Below, one piece after another: positions 1 to 13,652 of a stretch of 64,000 nucleotides of DNA. The stretch comes from Nemertoderma westbladi (Eukaryota; Animalia; Xenacoelomorpha). Positions within the stretch are counted from its first letter, which is position 1. Each line of letters starts with the position of its first letter. A program made the position numbers and the translations under genes. The stretch lies in NCBI GenBank assembly GCA_032718475.1, contig JAUCBJ010007765.1, positions 29,754 to 93,753 of the forward strand. Direction: 5' to 3'. The notes beneath the pieces are model-generated. The model had not been told where the DNA came from and did no database searches. It was given only the letters and a program-made list of their open reading frames with translations.

Positions 1-198
1 GTACGTATACTGTTTTATGGAGCTTGTGAATTATTTACTAGCTAGTAATAAGTATGTATTTAAAATGTGTAAAACTGATTATTTTATATATTGCGTACGT
101 ATACTGATTTATGGAGCTTGTGAATTATTTACTAGCTAGTAATAATGTATTTAAAATGTGTAAAACTGATTTTTTTATATATTGCGTACGTATACTGT
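1..198. repeat. ~92-94 bp tandem duplication (2 full copies + partial)
   Basis: gtacgtatactg...tatatattgc restarts at 1, 95 and 186. Confidence 0.85.
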
Positions 199-611
199 AT
201 GTGTTGTTGGTTGGTTAACAAGCCTAAATTATTATCCTAGATAATAGCTGGATCTCATTCAGGGACTGTTATAATATTATCAATATTTTTGGTAATTAAT
301 ATAATCAGCAACAGTTTAGTGAAATACCGAAATTATTGAAATACAGTCAACTGAAATATCAATGTTTTCACAAGTATTTTTATAATTTCAAGGAAATGCT
401 AGCTAGTAAAAAAAAACACTAGCTACACCTTAATAAGTAATATTTAATAATGTTCTCGAACACTTACCAATAACAAAAATAAAAAAAATATAGTATTTTT
501 AAAATTTCAAAAAATTCTAGCTAGTAAATAACACTAGCTACCATAAAAAAATATCTCTACTAATGTTCTAGAACATTCACCAATATCAAAAAAGCACTAA
601 AAAGCTGCTAT

Positions 612-840
612 CAGGAACCGGACAATTCGGTCCCGGACAATTCGGTCCCGGACAATTCGGTCCTAGGACAATTCGGTCCTAGGACAATTCGGTCCCGGAC
701 AATTCTGTCCCGGACAATTCGGTCCCATTTATTTAGTGTTTTGGGACCGAATTGTCCGGGACCGAATTGTCCGGGACCGAATTGTCCGGGACCGAATTGT
801 CCGGGACCGAATTGTGCGGGACTGAATTGTCCTACATCCG
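612..840. mobile_element. small foldback/MITE-like element built of 15-bp units in inverted arms
   Basis: ~7x ggacaattcggtccc (618-726), AT spacer, then ~6x the reverse complement gggaccgaattgtcc (743-832). Confidence 0.8.
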
Positions 841-1046
841 AATAATCGGTAAATTTTTTCCTTTACACCCCAGAAGATTACAGAACCTGGGTGAGCGCCC
901 TCTTGGTACGAATAAAATCCGGATAGGATCTAACTTGGGAGACCTCCCAAGAAACAAGAAAGACACATCTAGCTGTAGGCTAGAGGTAGACTTCCATAAT
1001 TATTATTTACCGAGATAATAATTTTTTTTTTCTTGTTATTTTGCAG

Positions 1047-1175
1047 ATTGTGTTGAGTTGGAGGACGCGAATTTCCATTGTCCAGGTTGGGCTGCCGACG
1101 GGGAATGTCTCGCCAATAAAGGATACATGTACACCAACTGCCAGACATCTTGTAACAAGTGTGACGACGGTGAAG
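1047..1175 (+). CDS. ShKT domain exon (first visible exon of the ShKT-mucin-DUF5648-like gene; upstream exons outside window)
   Basis: ttttgcag acceptor, G|gtaagt donor, 129 bp, phase 1-1; encodes CVELEDANFHCPGWAADGECLANKGYMYTNCQTSCNKC (six-Cys ShKT pattern); not in the ORF track. Confidence 0.9.
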
Positions 1176-1343
1176 GTAAGTTGTATGGAAATCTATTGTA
1201 GATCGACGTTCATCAAATATATACTTTCTTAACATCCATTCAAAAATCTATTATGTGATATATTAAATATTAGGATTGTGTTGGGCTTGGGAGCTCCGAG
1301 GTAGGTACATGAGGTTGAGGATCGAAATGGTTTTCTAGGATCA

Positions 1344-1391
1344 GTCAGACCATGGAATACTAAATATAGATTTAGTATTCCATGGTCAGAC
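1344..1391. mobile_element. 34-bp palindromic insert with 7-bp direct repeats; probable P-superfamily excision footprint
   Basis: gtcagac | catggaatactaaatat agatttagtattccatg | gtcagac. Confidence 0.55.
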
Positions 1392-1739
1392 AGATTTTAT
1401 TTCACCAGTACGTACAGTACAGGCCTGGTGGGCTATCATAAAGGTGAGGTGCGCAAGCCACAAGTTGCAGGTGGAGGTAGGCTGGTGGGAGCGGAGTGAC
1501 AGAGGGCTTCCGAGATAGATTATGTCGCGTTTGTAATTGAGGATGAACTTTATTTTTACTGACTACATTTTTATAGACTACAGAGCTCTATTAATCGAAT
1601 TTATTAATTATTGAAAATTTATTATTTCTTTATGTATTTTGCATTTGAGTATTGCATTTTCTTATTGGTTCTGGAACTGACAATGTTTATGTCGTTCCGA
1701 AATTTCCGTTTCTGCCGTGGTGTTGCAGACCTACAGAGG

Positions 1740-3715
1740 TAGTTGATTGTTGATTTACTAAGGAAGGATAACGAAGTCAACTAGGATAACAGCTAGAAGG
1801 GTATCTTTCTTTGTTGAATACTCGTTTCCTCCTAAGAAAGTCGGCTGCTCCATGTTCTTTAGGAATTCATTCTGGTTGCTGCGTAGAAGTCTCTCGATAG
1901 GATCTACAGTATGATGCATTCAATGTAATTAAATAATTGTATACCGGTAGCTATATCAGCAATCGAAATCAACGAAATTCCAAGAAAAGATCAGTGTGAA
2001 CTGGCACCAACATACTTATCTCGTTTTCTATTCTCTCTACCGGATGAATGTATCGGCCCGTTGAATGACCAGAGGGGAAGGAGGTAAACTTCCAGCCAAC
2101 AAATGGACTGCAACGGGGCAGCAATGTTCGAGTTCTTATCCCACATATTGGTCCATCACTCGAAAATTGGCTCTCATGACGATGGACGACATCCGAGAAG
2201 ATATAAAGTTGAGCACTAAACGCTGAGCAGCAGATACGAGGTTCTCACCTCTGAGGCAACAGATCACTGCGAGAGCTATACTGCCTTCACAGAAGCAGGT
2301 TATTTGCAGCTGAAGAAACAGTTCATGACCTCTCTAAGGCGCCGACCTGGGCACACGAGGACAACCAAGGTTGTAGTTTGTTAAGGCTGCATCTAAGTCC
2401 CTTAACAGGCAGTTGGGCCTACTCTGATAATCTGAAGGAGCTTATGAATAAACAAGTTGATGGCATTACAATGCTGATGACAGCAGACAATCAGCCCAGA
2501 CATGGCAATCAATAAACCTGCTCACTGGGAGGAAAAGCCAACCAACTACCAAGGTTAAGGCTGAATCTCCAGCTGAACGACTAAAAGGTTGGTAGGCCGA
2601 CTTTGAGAAGCTTCTAAACAATGACAGGGTGTTGCCTGGTAATAACTCGTGAGTGTGTGTGTCTGTGCATGAGTCTGTGCTCACAGATATCCCCATTGGT
2701 GACATCTGCTTTGCTGAAATCAAGACTGAATCTAGGAGCATCAAGACCAATCGTGCCAGTGGAGTAGATGGCGTGGCCCCTGAGGTCTTTAAAATTCCTG
2801 AGTGTTTGGAGCTCATTCACACCATTAATTTAATGTGGACATGTATAGGACAACGAGAGTCCCTCAAGAACGGAAAACAAAAAAAGTTGGTCCCTGTGTC
2901 CCTTCCCCCAAGAAGGGCAACCTAACAACACGTGGAACTTTTCTCGTGGAATCTCATTAATCTCGATTACTGCAAAGCTATACTACAGAATTATATTAAA
3001 TCGCATCATGGATCATGTTGAAAGACTGTTACATGGGAACCAAAATGGGTTCCGTAAAGGTCGTGGGACCATGGAGCCTATTCTGGCACTTAGAAGGATA
3101 ATTGAAGAGTTATCAATAAAGAAAGACAGACAACTATTATCTATACCAGAGGCTATTATCTTTGTTGACTTCTTTAAAGCCTTCGACTCAGTCTCCCGAC
3201 CACGTATGTTCAGCATACTGGCAGCAATCTGATCAGCATCTGATCGTAAGCTCTAAGGATGGCTTGCTTGAACACGTGGATGACTTCTGCTATTTGTGAT
3301 CATGGATCAGAAAGTTAGGTGAAGACCTTTGGATACGTAAGGGGAAGGCATGGGCAGCGTTAAATAGTCTGTCCAGGATTTGGAAGTCCCATAGAATAAA
3401 ACGGAACCTTAAGGTTCGATTATTTATGGCAGCAGTAGTACCAGTACTCTTATATATCATATATATCTCTCATACTCATACTCATACTCTCATATATATA
3501 TCTAACTGCAGAAGATACCAAATCTCTGGATAGCACTTTCACAAGACTGCTGCGCCGGATTCATTGTGTCAAGTACAATGGACACATCCCCAATCAGACT
3601 CTATACAACATTGGAGTGTTCCATTAATCTCCCCTAGCTTGACACTTCGACGGAACCGCCTCCGCTTTGCAGCATATTGCTTTCTGGGTGAGGACCAGCC
3701 AGTGCATAATCTAGG
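1740..3715 (+). mobile_element. degenerate RTE-clade LINE fragment (RT pseudogene)
   Basis: broken frames with NRASGVDGVAPEVFK, NQNGFRKGRGT, IFVDFFKAFDSV, DDFCYL and RRNRLRFAAYC; stops and frameshifts; ends approximate. Confidence 0.85.
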
Positions 3716-3916
3716 GATAGTAGTAGATTGTGACAACAGTCGAAAACAGGCGAAAACAGTTGGAATGTAGGGAAAACAGACGAAAACAGTGAGATCATTT
3801 AAAAATATTCATCCATGCATCCAGGTGAAAATAGATATTGAAGTAACTAGGTGTAATAATAGATTTACAATTTAGTGGCATTTATAATGTCGCTAACTTA
3901 AGATGACGTTCGACCC

Positions 3917-6900
3917 GAACATTTCTTCGCGATTTTCGCGATCTTCGCAAACGTCACGATTTTTGCGAAGATTGCGCAAATAGCGAAATTTCGCAAACGT
4001 CGCGATCTTCGCGATATTTTGTGTTTAACAATACTATAGGTGGAGCTTCGCAAACGTCCCGATCTTTGCGAATGTTCTACAACATTTTTTAAAAAGTAAG
4101 AAAATCTATAATGAAAAAATAAATTTTTTAAAATTTTTCAAGAATACAATATATTATTAGTTCTAGAGAAAAAAAAATAATTTTAAATAAAATATCTAAC
4201 ATGTTCTATAATATATATATATACTGACACTATTAGTATTGTTCACAGAATTCTAGAATGTATATATATACAGACAGATGGTATAAAATTGTATTCTAGA
4301 AGTCCATGTATTTGTGTAGGCCTTCCAGAAATTTTGCTATTTTTGCGTCGCTGTACCTATAATGGTATTAATAAATAATATTATTAAAGGTTGAGAAATT
4401 TTTTTATCGAAGCTCCACCTATAGTATTGGTAAACACAAAATTTCGCGAAGATCGCGACGTTTGCGAAGCTCCACCTATAGTATTGGTAAACACAAAATA
4501 TCGCGAAGATCGCGACGTTTGCGAAGCTCCACCTATAGTATTGGTAAACACAAAATATCGCGAAGATCGCGACGTTTGCGAAGCTCCACCTATAGTATTG
4601 GTAAACACAAAATATCGCGAAGATCGCGACGTTTGCGAAGCTCCACCTATAGTATTGGTAAACACAAAATATTCGCGAAGATCGCGACGTTTGCGAAGCT
4701 CCACCTATAGTATTGGTAAACACAAAATATTCGCGAAGATCGCGACGTTTGCGAAGCTCCACCTATAGTATTGGTAAACACAAAATATCGCGAAGATCGC
4801 GACGTTTGCGAAGCTCCACCTATAGTATTGGTAAACACAAAATATCGCGAAGATCGCGACGTTTGCGAAGCTCCACCTATAGTATTGGTAAACACAAAAT
4901 ATCGCGAAGATCGCGACGTTTGCGAAGCTCCACCTATAGTATTGGTAAACACAAAATATGTCGCGAAGATCGCGACGTTTGCGAAGCTCCACCTATAGTA
5001 TTGGTAAACACAAAATATGTCGCGAAGATCGCGACAGTTTGCGAAGTTCCACCTATAGTATTGGTAAACACAAAATATGTCGCGAAGATCGCGACGTTTG
5101 CGAAGCTCCACCTATAGTATTGGTAAACACAAAATATTCGCGAAGATCGCGACGTTTGCGAAGCTCCACCTATAGTATTGGTAAACACAAAATATTCGCG
5201 AAGATCGCGACGTTTGCGAAGCTCCACCTATAGTATTGGTAAACACAAAATATCGCGAAGATCGCGACGTTTGCGAAGCTCCACCTATAGTATTGGTAAA
5301 CACAAAATATTCGCGAAGATCGCGACGTTTGCGAAGCTCCACCTATAGTATTGGTAAACACAAAATATGTCGCGAAGATCGCGCACGTTTGCGAAGTTCC
5401 ACCTATAGTATTGGTAAACACAAAATATGTCGCGAAGATCGCGACGTTTGCGAAGCTCCACCTATAGTATTGGTAAACACAAAATATGTCGCGAAGATCG
5501 CGCAGTTTGCGAAGTTCCACCTATAGTATTGGTAAACACAAAATATGTCGCGAAGATCGCGACGTTTGCGAAGCTCCACCTATAGTATTGGTAAACACAA
5601 AATATGTCGCGAAGATCGCGACGTTTGCGAAGCTCCACCTATAGTATTGGTAAACACAAAATATCGCGAAGATCGCGACGTTTGCGAAGCTCCACCTATA
5701 GTATTGGTAAACACAAAATATGTCGCGAAGATCGCGACGTTTGCGAAGCTCCACCTATAGTATTGGTAAACACAAAATATCGCGAAGATCGCGACGTTTG
5801 CGAAGCTCCACCTATAGTATTGGTAAACACAAAATATTCGCGAAGATCGCGACGTTTGCGAAGCTCCACCTATAGTATTGGTAAACACAAAATATGTCGC
5901 GAAGATCGCGACGTTTGCGAAGCTCCACCTATAGTATTAGTAAACACAAAATATGTCGCGAAGATCGCGACGTTTGCGAAGCTCCACCTATAATATTGGT
6001 AAACACAAAATATCGCGAAGATCGCGACGTTTGCGAAGCTCCACCTATAGTATTGGTAAACACAAAATATGTCGCGAAGATCGCGACGTTTGCGAAGTTC
6101 CACCTATAGTATTGGTAAACACAAAATATGTCGCGAAGATCGCGACGTTTGCGAAGCTCCACCTATAGTATTGGTAAACACAAAATATGTCGCGAAGATC
6201 GCGACGTTTGCGAAGCTCCACCTATAGTATTGGTAAACACAAAATATCGCGAAGATCGCGACGTTTGCGAAGCTCCACCTATAGTATTGGTAAACACAAA
6301 ATATGTCGCGAAGATCGCGCAGTTTGCGAAGTTCCACCTATAGTATTGGTAAACACAAAATATGTCGCGAAGATCGCGACGTTTGCGAAGCTCCACCTAT
6401 AGTATTGGTAAACACAAAATATCGCGAAGATCGCGACGTTTGCGAAGCTCCACCTATAGTATTGGTAAACACAAAATATCGCGAAGATCGCGACGTTTGC
6501 GAAGCTCCACCTATAGTATTGGTAAACACAAAATATGTCGCGAAGATCGCGACGTTTGCGAAGCTCCACCTATAGTATTGGTAAACACAAAATATCGCGA
6601 AGATCGCGACGTTTGCGAAGCTCCACCTATAGTATTGGTAAACACAAAACATGTCGCGAAGATCGCGACGTTCGCGAAGCTCCACCTATAGTATTGGTAA
6701 ACACAAAATATGTCGCGAAGATCGCGACGTTTGTGAAGCTCCATCTATAGTATTGGTAAACACAAAACATGTCGCGAAGCTCCACCTATAGTATTGGTAA
6801 ACACAAAATATGTCGCGAAGATCGCGACGTTTGTGAAGCTCCATCTATAGTATTGGTAAACACAAAATATGTCGCGAAGATCGCGACGTTTGTGAAGCTC

Positions 6901-7926
6901 CATCTATAGTATTGGTAAACACAAAACATGTCGCGAAGTTCCACCTATAGTATTGGTAAACACAAAATATCGCGTAGATCGCGACGTTTGCGAAGCTCCA
7001 CCTATAGTATTGGTAAACACAAAATATGTCGCGAAGATCGCGACGTTTGTGAAGCTCCATCTATAGTATTGGTAAACACAAAATATCGCGTAGATCGCGA
7101 CGTTTGCGAAGCTCCACCTATAGTATTGGTAAACACAAAATATGTCGCGAAGATCGCGACGTTTGTGAAGCTCCATCTATAGTATTGGTAAACACAAAAT
7201 ATGTCGCGAAGATCGCGACGTTTGTGAAGCTCCATCTATAGTATTGGTAAACACAAAATATGTCGCGAAGATCGCGACGTTTGTGAAGCTCCATCTATAG
7301 TATTGGTAAACACAAAATATCGCGTAGATCGCGACGTTTGCGAAGCTCCACCTATAGTATTGGTAAACACAAAATATGTCGCGAAGATCGCGACGTTTGT
7401 GAAGCTCCATCTATAGTATTGGTAAACACAAAATATCGCGAAGATCGCGACGTTTGCGAAGCTCCACCTATAGTATTGGTAAACACAAAATATCGCGAAG
7501 ATCGCGACGTTTGCGAAGCTCCATCTATAGTATTGGTAAACACAAAATATGTCGCGAAGATCGCGACGTTTGTGAAGCTCCACCTATAGTATTGGTAAAC
7601 ACAAAATATGTCGCGTAGATCGCGACGTTTGCGAAGCTCCACCTATAGTATTGGTAAACACAAAATATGTCGCGAAGATCGCGACGTTTGCGAAGCTCCA
7701 CCTATAGTATTGGTAAACACAAAATATGTCGCGAAGATCGCGACGTTTGCGAAGCTCCACCTATAGTATTGGTAAACACAAAATATGTCGCGTAGATCGC
7801 GACGTTTGCGAAGCTCCACCTATAGTATTGGTAAACACAAAATATGTCGCGAAGATCGCGACGTTTGCGAAATTTCGCGATTTTCGCAATCTTCGCAATA
7901 ATCGCGACGTTTGCGAAGAAATGTTC
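3917..7926. mobile_element. foldback/TIR element with long inverted ends and an internally expanded satellite
   Basis: 3917-4073 (gaacatttcttcgc...) is the reverse complement of the right end (...gcgaagaaatgttc 7926) and includes an inverted satellite unit. Confidence 0.75.
4408..7870. repeat. tandem satellite, 57/58/59-bp units, ~59 copies, CpG-rich
   Basis: unit gcgaagctccacctatagtattggtaaacacaaaatat(c/tc/gtc)gcgaagatcgcgacgttt; no unique spacers. Confidence 0.97.
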
Positions 7927-8189
7927 AAAATCGTTGCCTTACTCGCTCGGGACGGCCTGCATCACGTAGATGCCCAAGATGGAGTCAAGCAAGATCCAAC
8001 TTGTAGAGTGACAGACTGAACTGCTAGGCCTAGGCCTACCTCATCGCGCCCTATCGGTAATGCAAAAAGGAATAATTTAATGATGGTAGTACTGTAGTGT
8101 ATGATAAACATTATATAGATTAATTTAAAAATCTTTGCGTTAACATTAATACTTATTATGTTTTTAATTTACTATGTTTGTATTGTTTG

Positions 8190-10550
8190 TTTAACTTGTT
8201 ACCGGATGAGTATGCTTTTGATACTCAGGAATTTGAAGGGATTGATATTTCGCATGTTAGAGACAGTAGTGTGACTCGTCCTTTATTATCTCTCATGGCA
8301 GGCAGGTGCCTTCTTTCTCTATGTAAGGCAAGAGAATATTCAATGGCCGAGTAGGCCTAGGTAGTGTGATAGGGGAGTTGGCAGCTGTACTTAATTTTGT
8401 AATGCTGGGAATAATAGAGTAGGATCATCGCTATTTGACTATTGTTTAGGTAGACCTGATTGCAATTTTTCAGTTGATAATCCTAATGTTTTCTCACACC
8501 ATGTATCTCTTTCAATTTCATTAAGAGGTTCCGGTCCCAGTATTGTGGCTCAAAGTAATTCAGATTATGTTTTGCAAACCTCATGTAAAATGCCTGAAGA
8601 AAAGGCTAGAATCTCTTAGAAGAATTGTGTAGGATCAGAGGATAAATTTCGGGCAGAATTAAAATCATATTATGCATCTGGTGTTTTGGATGACGTTAAT
8701 GATTTAGCTACCAGTACTGATTTAAATAGTGAAATAATTAATTTAGGGGCTGACAAGTTAACCACCCTTATTTTCAACTGTGCACAGAAAGTACCACCGG
8801 CACCGAAACACATTTCTAAGGATCATATACATAATGGTGCTAGGTGGTTTAATAATGATTGTGTTGTTTCTAAAAGTAAATTTAGTAATGCGCTTAGTGA
8901 TTGGCGCCGTGCCCGTTTCGATCTAGCGCTACTTAATTTGCAGAATGCAAGGAAAATTTATAAAAAAAACTCTCAGACAGGCAGGTGTTGTGTACGGAAA
9001 GGTAGAGTCCACTAAATTAATGAGGCTGGGTCTAAAAAATGTTAAAATGTTTTGGAATAAACTTAAAAATTCTTGTACTACCTCCAAGCTCCAAGGGCAA
9101 GGCTATGCCAAGTACCGAGGAGTTTGAAAGGTATTTTAAGGACTTGTGTGGTGGAAACTCGGATATTGAAGATATGGGGACTAGCCATAGCCAATCATAA
9201 AGTTTTAATGTATCTGATAGTAACTCAATGTTTGAGACATATATTTGTCAACCATTTGACGAGTCTGAAGTGGCTGCCGAGATGAAGAAATTAAAGTTGG
9301 GGAAAGCACCCGGTGAGGACATGATTTTGAGTGAATTTCTGGATCTTTTTAATGTACAGCTTTGTTTACAGGTAATTTCCCAACGGGATGGACCACTACT
9401 GGTCTTATTAAACCATTGTATAAGAACAAAGGCAGTCGCTTCGACCCGACAAACTTTCGTGGTATTACTTTGCTTTGTATTATTGGTAAATTGGTTACAA
9501 CTATTTTAAACAATAGGTTAATCTGGTGGACGGGGTGTTTTGGTATTATAGTGGAGGCCCAAGCTGGCTTTCAACTAGCGGAGAAGGCTAGTAAAGCTTA
9601 TTTTTCTCTTTGGAGGTATTTTATCCAGTTCCCGTGCATTTCTTTTCCATTTGCTCTGAAATTATTCAATAGCTTAATTAAACCGATCCTTATGTATGGT
9701 GCTACGGTGTGGGGATTTCATCCCGCCACGATATTGAGCGATTGCATCGAAAATTTATGCGTAACTATTTGGGTGTTAAAGAATCGATCCCGAATGTCAC
9801 CATTTATGGTGAATCGGGGGAGTTCCCATTATCTATTGATAGGAAAGTTACGATTATTAAATATTGGTTACATATTTTGGGTATGGTTGGGTGCAGGTTA
9901 CCGGTTCATGCATATAATATGCTCCTCAGTCCTCAATGATATTTCTGTTAACTATAATACCATTAATTTGGCCTCACGGGTGCGGGATATATTTCACTCT
10001 ACTGAATTTAGTGACGTCTGGGTCAACCAGGGTGTTAGCGATAAGAAATGGTTCCTATTGGAATTTAGACAGAGATTGAGAGATCAGTTTATTCAAGAAT
10101 GGTGGAGTGCAATAGATTCCTCATCTAAAGGTCGATTATATTTTGTGCATTCTTTAAATATGATGTCATATTTAGATATATTACATGACCATGTAGTGTT
10201 ACGGCGGTTCATTTCTAAAATATGGTGCTCCTCGCACAATTTAGAAACTGAACGGGGGGGGGGGGGGTGGGGGTGTGGTACAATACTGACTGTAGTGACC
10301 GTTTATGTTCTATGTGTAACAGCAATTTTGTGGAGGATGAGCTACATTTTTTGCTCGGTTGCCGGTGTTACGACGACTTAAGACTTCAATATCTGGGTGA
10401 ATATTTTCGAGACAGCCGGGTTTGTTAAAACTAAAGCAGGGTGAATAGTTACCTTTCGGGCAGTAATGCTGCCAAGATACGAATGATTGGTTTATTTATT
10501 TACAGAGCCTATCTGCGACGTAGTCTCTTATTGGGTCAATTGTAATTTTG
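8190..10550 (+). mobile_element. degenerate non-LTR retrotransposon, RTEX-like, with internal RT deletion
   Basis: KLKLGKAPGED, NFRGITLLCIIGKLV; EAQAGF joins directly to the post-RT region (RT core missing); PILMYGATVWG; SSHNLETERG; CSMC..VEDELHFLLGC Cys/His motif; clade is inferred. Confidence 0.8.
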
Positions 10551-10609
10551 TCATTCAGCAAGAGACTTCAATTTGCATTGCTTTGTGCTATTATGTAATT
10601 TTGGTATTA

Positions 10610-11610
10610 GGTGGAGTTATCATCACCCCACCATCTTTATGATGATCTAAGGACATGCGTAGAACATAGTCAACCACAATTATGAACAAGAATGGTGCAA
10701 GTGTGTCTCCCTGGAGGACGCCCCATAACACTTCAAATGGTTCCGTGTCACCGTCAACAGTAGACACAAATGTTGTCGAACCATCGTATACTGATCTGAT
10801 TGCTGCAATAATTTCATCAGGAATCCCATATAATGAAGTATGCTGAACATACGTGAGCGAGAACGAGAGACTGAATCAAAGCCCTTAAATCAAAATCAAA
10901 GGGTTAACTCTGCCCTAATGTGCCTAAGAGGCTCCCGTAGACATAAGACTGGCCGGCAAATGCGATCGGTAGCAGAAACTGGGGTTATGTCTGCTGCTGC
11001 GGAGGCTGGGTGCACTTAGTTCTAGTACCCCAACCATACTACATAATAATAATTTTAGTTATATTTCAATCCCGGTTACAGCCAATAATTACTGTGTATT
11101 TAGTGTTTATTATGTTATAAAAAAAAATACTTAAAGTTGCGATTCAATGAGATGCGAGAAAAAAAAAGAATCAAAGGCCTTGAAGAAGTCAACAAAGATA
11201 ACAGTCAGATGCCTGTCTTTCTTTTTTGATAACTCTTCAATTATCCCTTCTAAGTGCCAAAATGGGCACCATGGTCCCACGACCTTTACGGAACCCATTC
11301 TGATTTCCACGGAACAGTCTCTCAATGGGATCCCTGATGCGATTTAATAGAATTGTATTGTATAGCTTTGCAGCAATCGAGATCAATGAGATTCCCCGAA
11401 AAGAACCATAGAGTGTTAGGTTGCCCTTCTTGGGAACTGGCACCAACTTATTTGTTTTCATTTCTTGTGGGACTCTTGTTGTTCGGTATCGGTACATGTC
11501 TACTATGATGGGATAGTTGAGCTTTAAACACCCAGGTATTTAAAAGACCTCAGGGGGAACACCATCTACTCCACAGTAGGACTGGCACGATTGGTCGTAA
11601 TGCTCTTTGC
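10610..11610 (-). mobile_element. RTE-clade LINE fragment (same family as 1740-3715 and 50170-50455), interrupted by an insertion
   Basis: minus strand encodes LVPVPKKGNLTLYGSFRGISLISIAAKLYN, IFVDFFKAFDS and GVLQGDTLAPFLFIIVVDYVLR. Confidence 0.85.
10887..11167 (+). mobile_element. 5'-truncated non-LTR 3' end (CRE-like) inserted in the RTE fragment
   Basis: ~14-bp TSD gaatcaaag(c/g)cctt at 10873-10886 and 11168-11181; A-tail before the second copy; encodes SALMCLRGSR, resembling CRE-clade C-termini. Confidence 0.6.
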
Positions 11611-11880
11611 AGCGGCCACTAGCCGCTGCCGCTCTTCGCTCCTGTCACGTATCATGGCCTAAAGCCGATGAACATTTTGGCATATGGTTGATGACAATTG
11701 AGTGAAAAATGCAAAAAAAAGTTTGTAAGACTCTTTCTTTCATTTTGCCATATAGTTCGCAATATTTTGATTCAGGTTGTTTACATAGGTTAGGATAGGT
11801 ATGGTTACAGTGTTATACCACACAGAAAGCTTCATAAGTGAAGGAAATTTTTACTTTAATTTTTTACTGCGTATTTTCAG

Positions 11881-12015
11881 TTTGCGAAGAGCGTGAAGAT
11901 CTGAGCGCCCACTGTGGTTTTTGGGCATCAGACGGACAGTGCCAGGAAAATCCTAGGTATATGTATAACTACTGTCAGACCAGTTGCAACAAATGTGGCG
12001 ATAAAGCAACTAATG
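11881..12015 (+). CDS. second ShKT domain exon
   Basis: ttttcag acceptor, G|gtaatt donor, 135 bp, phase 1-1; CEEREDLSAHCGFWASDGQCQENPRYMYNYCQTSCNKC. Confidence 0.92.
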
Positions 12016-12143
12016 GTAATTGGATAAGTATTTTGATTATTTAAATAATTTCATATATTTATTGGTCAACAATATTTGTATACTACAGTAACTGTATAAT
12101 ATATTTTGCAATTTTGCAACATAAAACGTGTACTATTTACCAG

Positions 12144-12665
12144 AACCCACTACAGCCGAACCAACTACAGCCGAACCAACTACAGCCGAACCAACTACTG
12201 CCGAACCAACTAAGGCCGAACCAACTACAGCCGAACCAACTACTGCCGAACCAACTACAGCCGAACCAACTACTGCCGAACCAACTGCCGACCCAACTAC
12301 AGCCGAACCAACTCCTTCCGAACCAACTACAGCCGAACCAACTACAGCCGAACCAACTACAGCCGAACCCACTACAGCCGAACCAACTACAGCCGAACCC
12401 ACTACAGCCGAACCAACTACAGCCGAACCAACTACTGCCGAACCAATTGCCGACCCAACTACAGCCGAACCAACTCCTTCCGAACCAACTACAGCCGAAC
12501 CAACTACAGCTGAACCAACTACAGCTGAACCAACTACAGCCGAACCAACTACAGCCGAACCAACTACAGCCGAACCAACTACAGCCGAACCAACTACAGC
12601 CGAACCAACTACAGCCGAACCCACTACAGCCGAACCAACTACAGCCGAACCCATAGAAACCATAG
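12144..12665 (+). CDS. mucin-like exon of (EPTTA)n 15-bp repeats
   Basis: tttaccag acceptor, G|gtaatt donor, 522 bp, phase 1-1 selects the EPTTA frame; ~34 repeats. Confidence 0.88.
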
Positions 12666-13473
12666 GTAATTGGAAAGCATTTCAATATTGACTATTTTGT
12701 TTTATTTGCTGAAATGCATTATTTATTCCCGACTGCCGTTTACCACAATATGTATAATTTTGCAAGTTTCAGCAAGCGAGGTCAATTAGCGAGGGGTAAT
12801 AATAACTATCCTATAATTGTCATTATTACCGAATTATAGTGGGAGTTTCAAAATATAAGATTTTTTGCTATTTTATCCGGGTGCGAGATTTTCCCACTTG
12901 CTATTTTATCCGGGCGCGAAATTTTCCCACTTGATGACTCTTGATCTATGATTAAACTTAGTCGCTGACACTCGGGAAGTTATACTGTACATTACGGGGT
13001 CGGCGAGAAATATAGCACCACATTTTCCCCATACCTAATAGTTTTTAGTCGATTTATTTAAATATATAATTTATGTAGCTGGCTAACTCCCGAAAAATAT
13101 CATAACAAAGACAGTTGAAGCGATGAAATTATTAATGCATCGCGGAGGTATTCAATATTCTTTAACATAAAGTGCTTCTGTATCTGTATAAATTAAATTT
13201 ATTCTGTATATGGATATTTCTAACACAATCAATTTATGTCATTTTAATAAAGATAACAAATTTGTTAATTTATTCTAAATTGTTAAAGATCACAAATAAC
13301 TAAATATAGGAATCAAATTAATTATCATTGCTCTGTAACTTTCTGAATTTCTCAGTTTCTTGTAATTTCCAAGTTTTGTTAACATCAGTAGTTTTGACGA
13401 TTGTGTTCTAAGATATTTTCATTCCTAATATTTCTCAATTGTGTTATTCAATATCATTTATATTTTAAATTAG

Positions 13474-13652
13474 TTCCGTTCTATCGTTATTGGAACGGGA
13501 GAAGTAATCATTACTATACAACCAATGCTGATGAGATCGGAACCACTACACCCGGAGAAGTCGGAAATTACGGATACATTTCGGAAGGGATAGCGGCATA
13601 CGTACATAATCAACAAGTTTCAGGAACCGTTCCGCTTTATCGCTATTTTTGG
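13474..13652 (+). CDS. DUF5648-like (HFYT-repeat) domain exon 1
   Basis: aaattag acceptor, phase 1: VPFYRYWNGRSNHYYTTNADEIG...GYISEGIAAYV...VPLYRYFW; gtgtgt donor, phase 0. Confidence 0.85.

Noticed and set aside
752-1018. 88-aa ORF with SGTEL repeats
   Set aside because: Translation of the 15-bp MITE arm inside an intron
4408-7870. CRISPR-like array, and the dozens of ORFs called across it
   Set aside because: Units are contiguous near-identical repeats with no unique spacers and no cas genes, in a eukaryotic intron; the ORFs are artefacts of stop-poor repeat frames
12114-12685. Alternative ORFs (PNQLQ)n, (GSAVV)n and (FGCSW)n
   Set aside because: Shadow frames of the 15-bp repeat; splice phase with the flanking exons selects EPTTA
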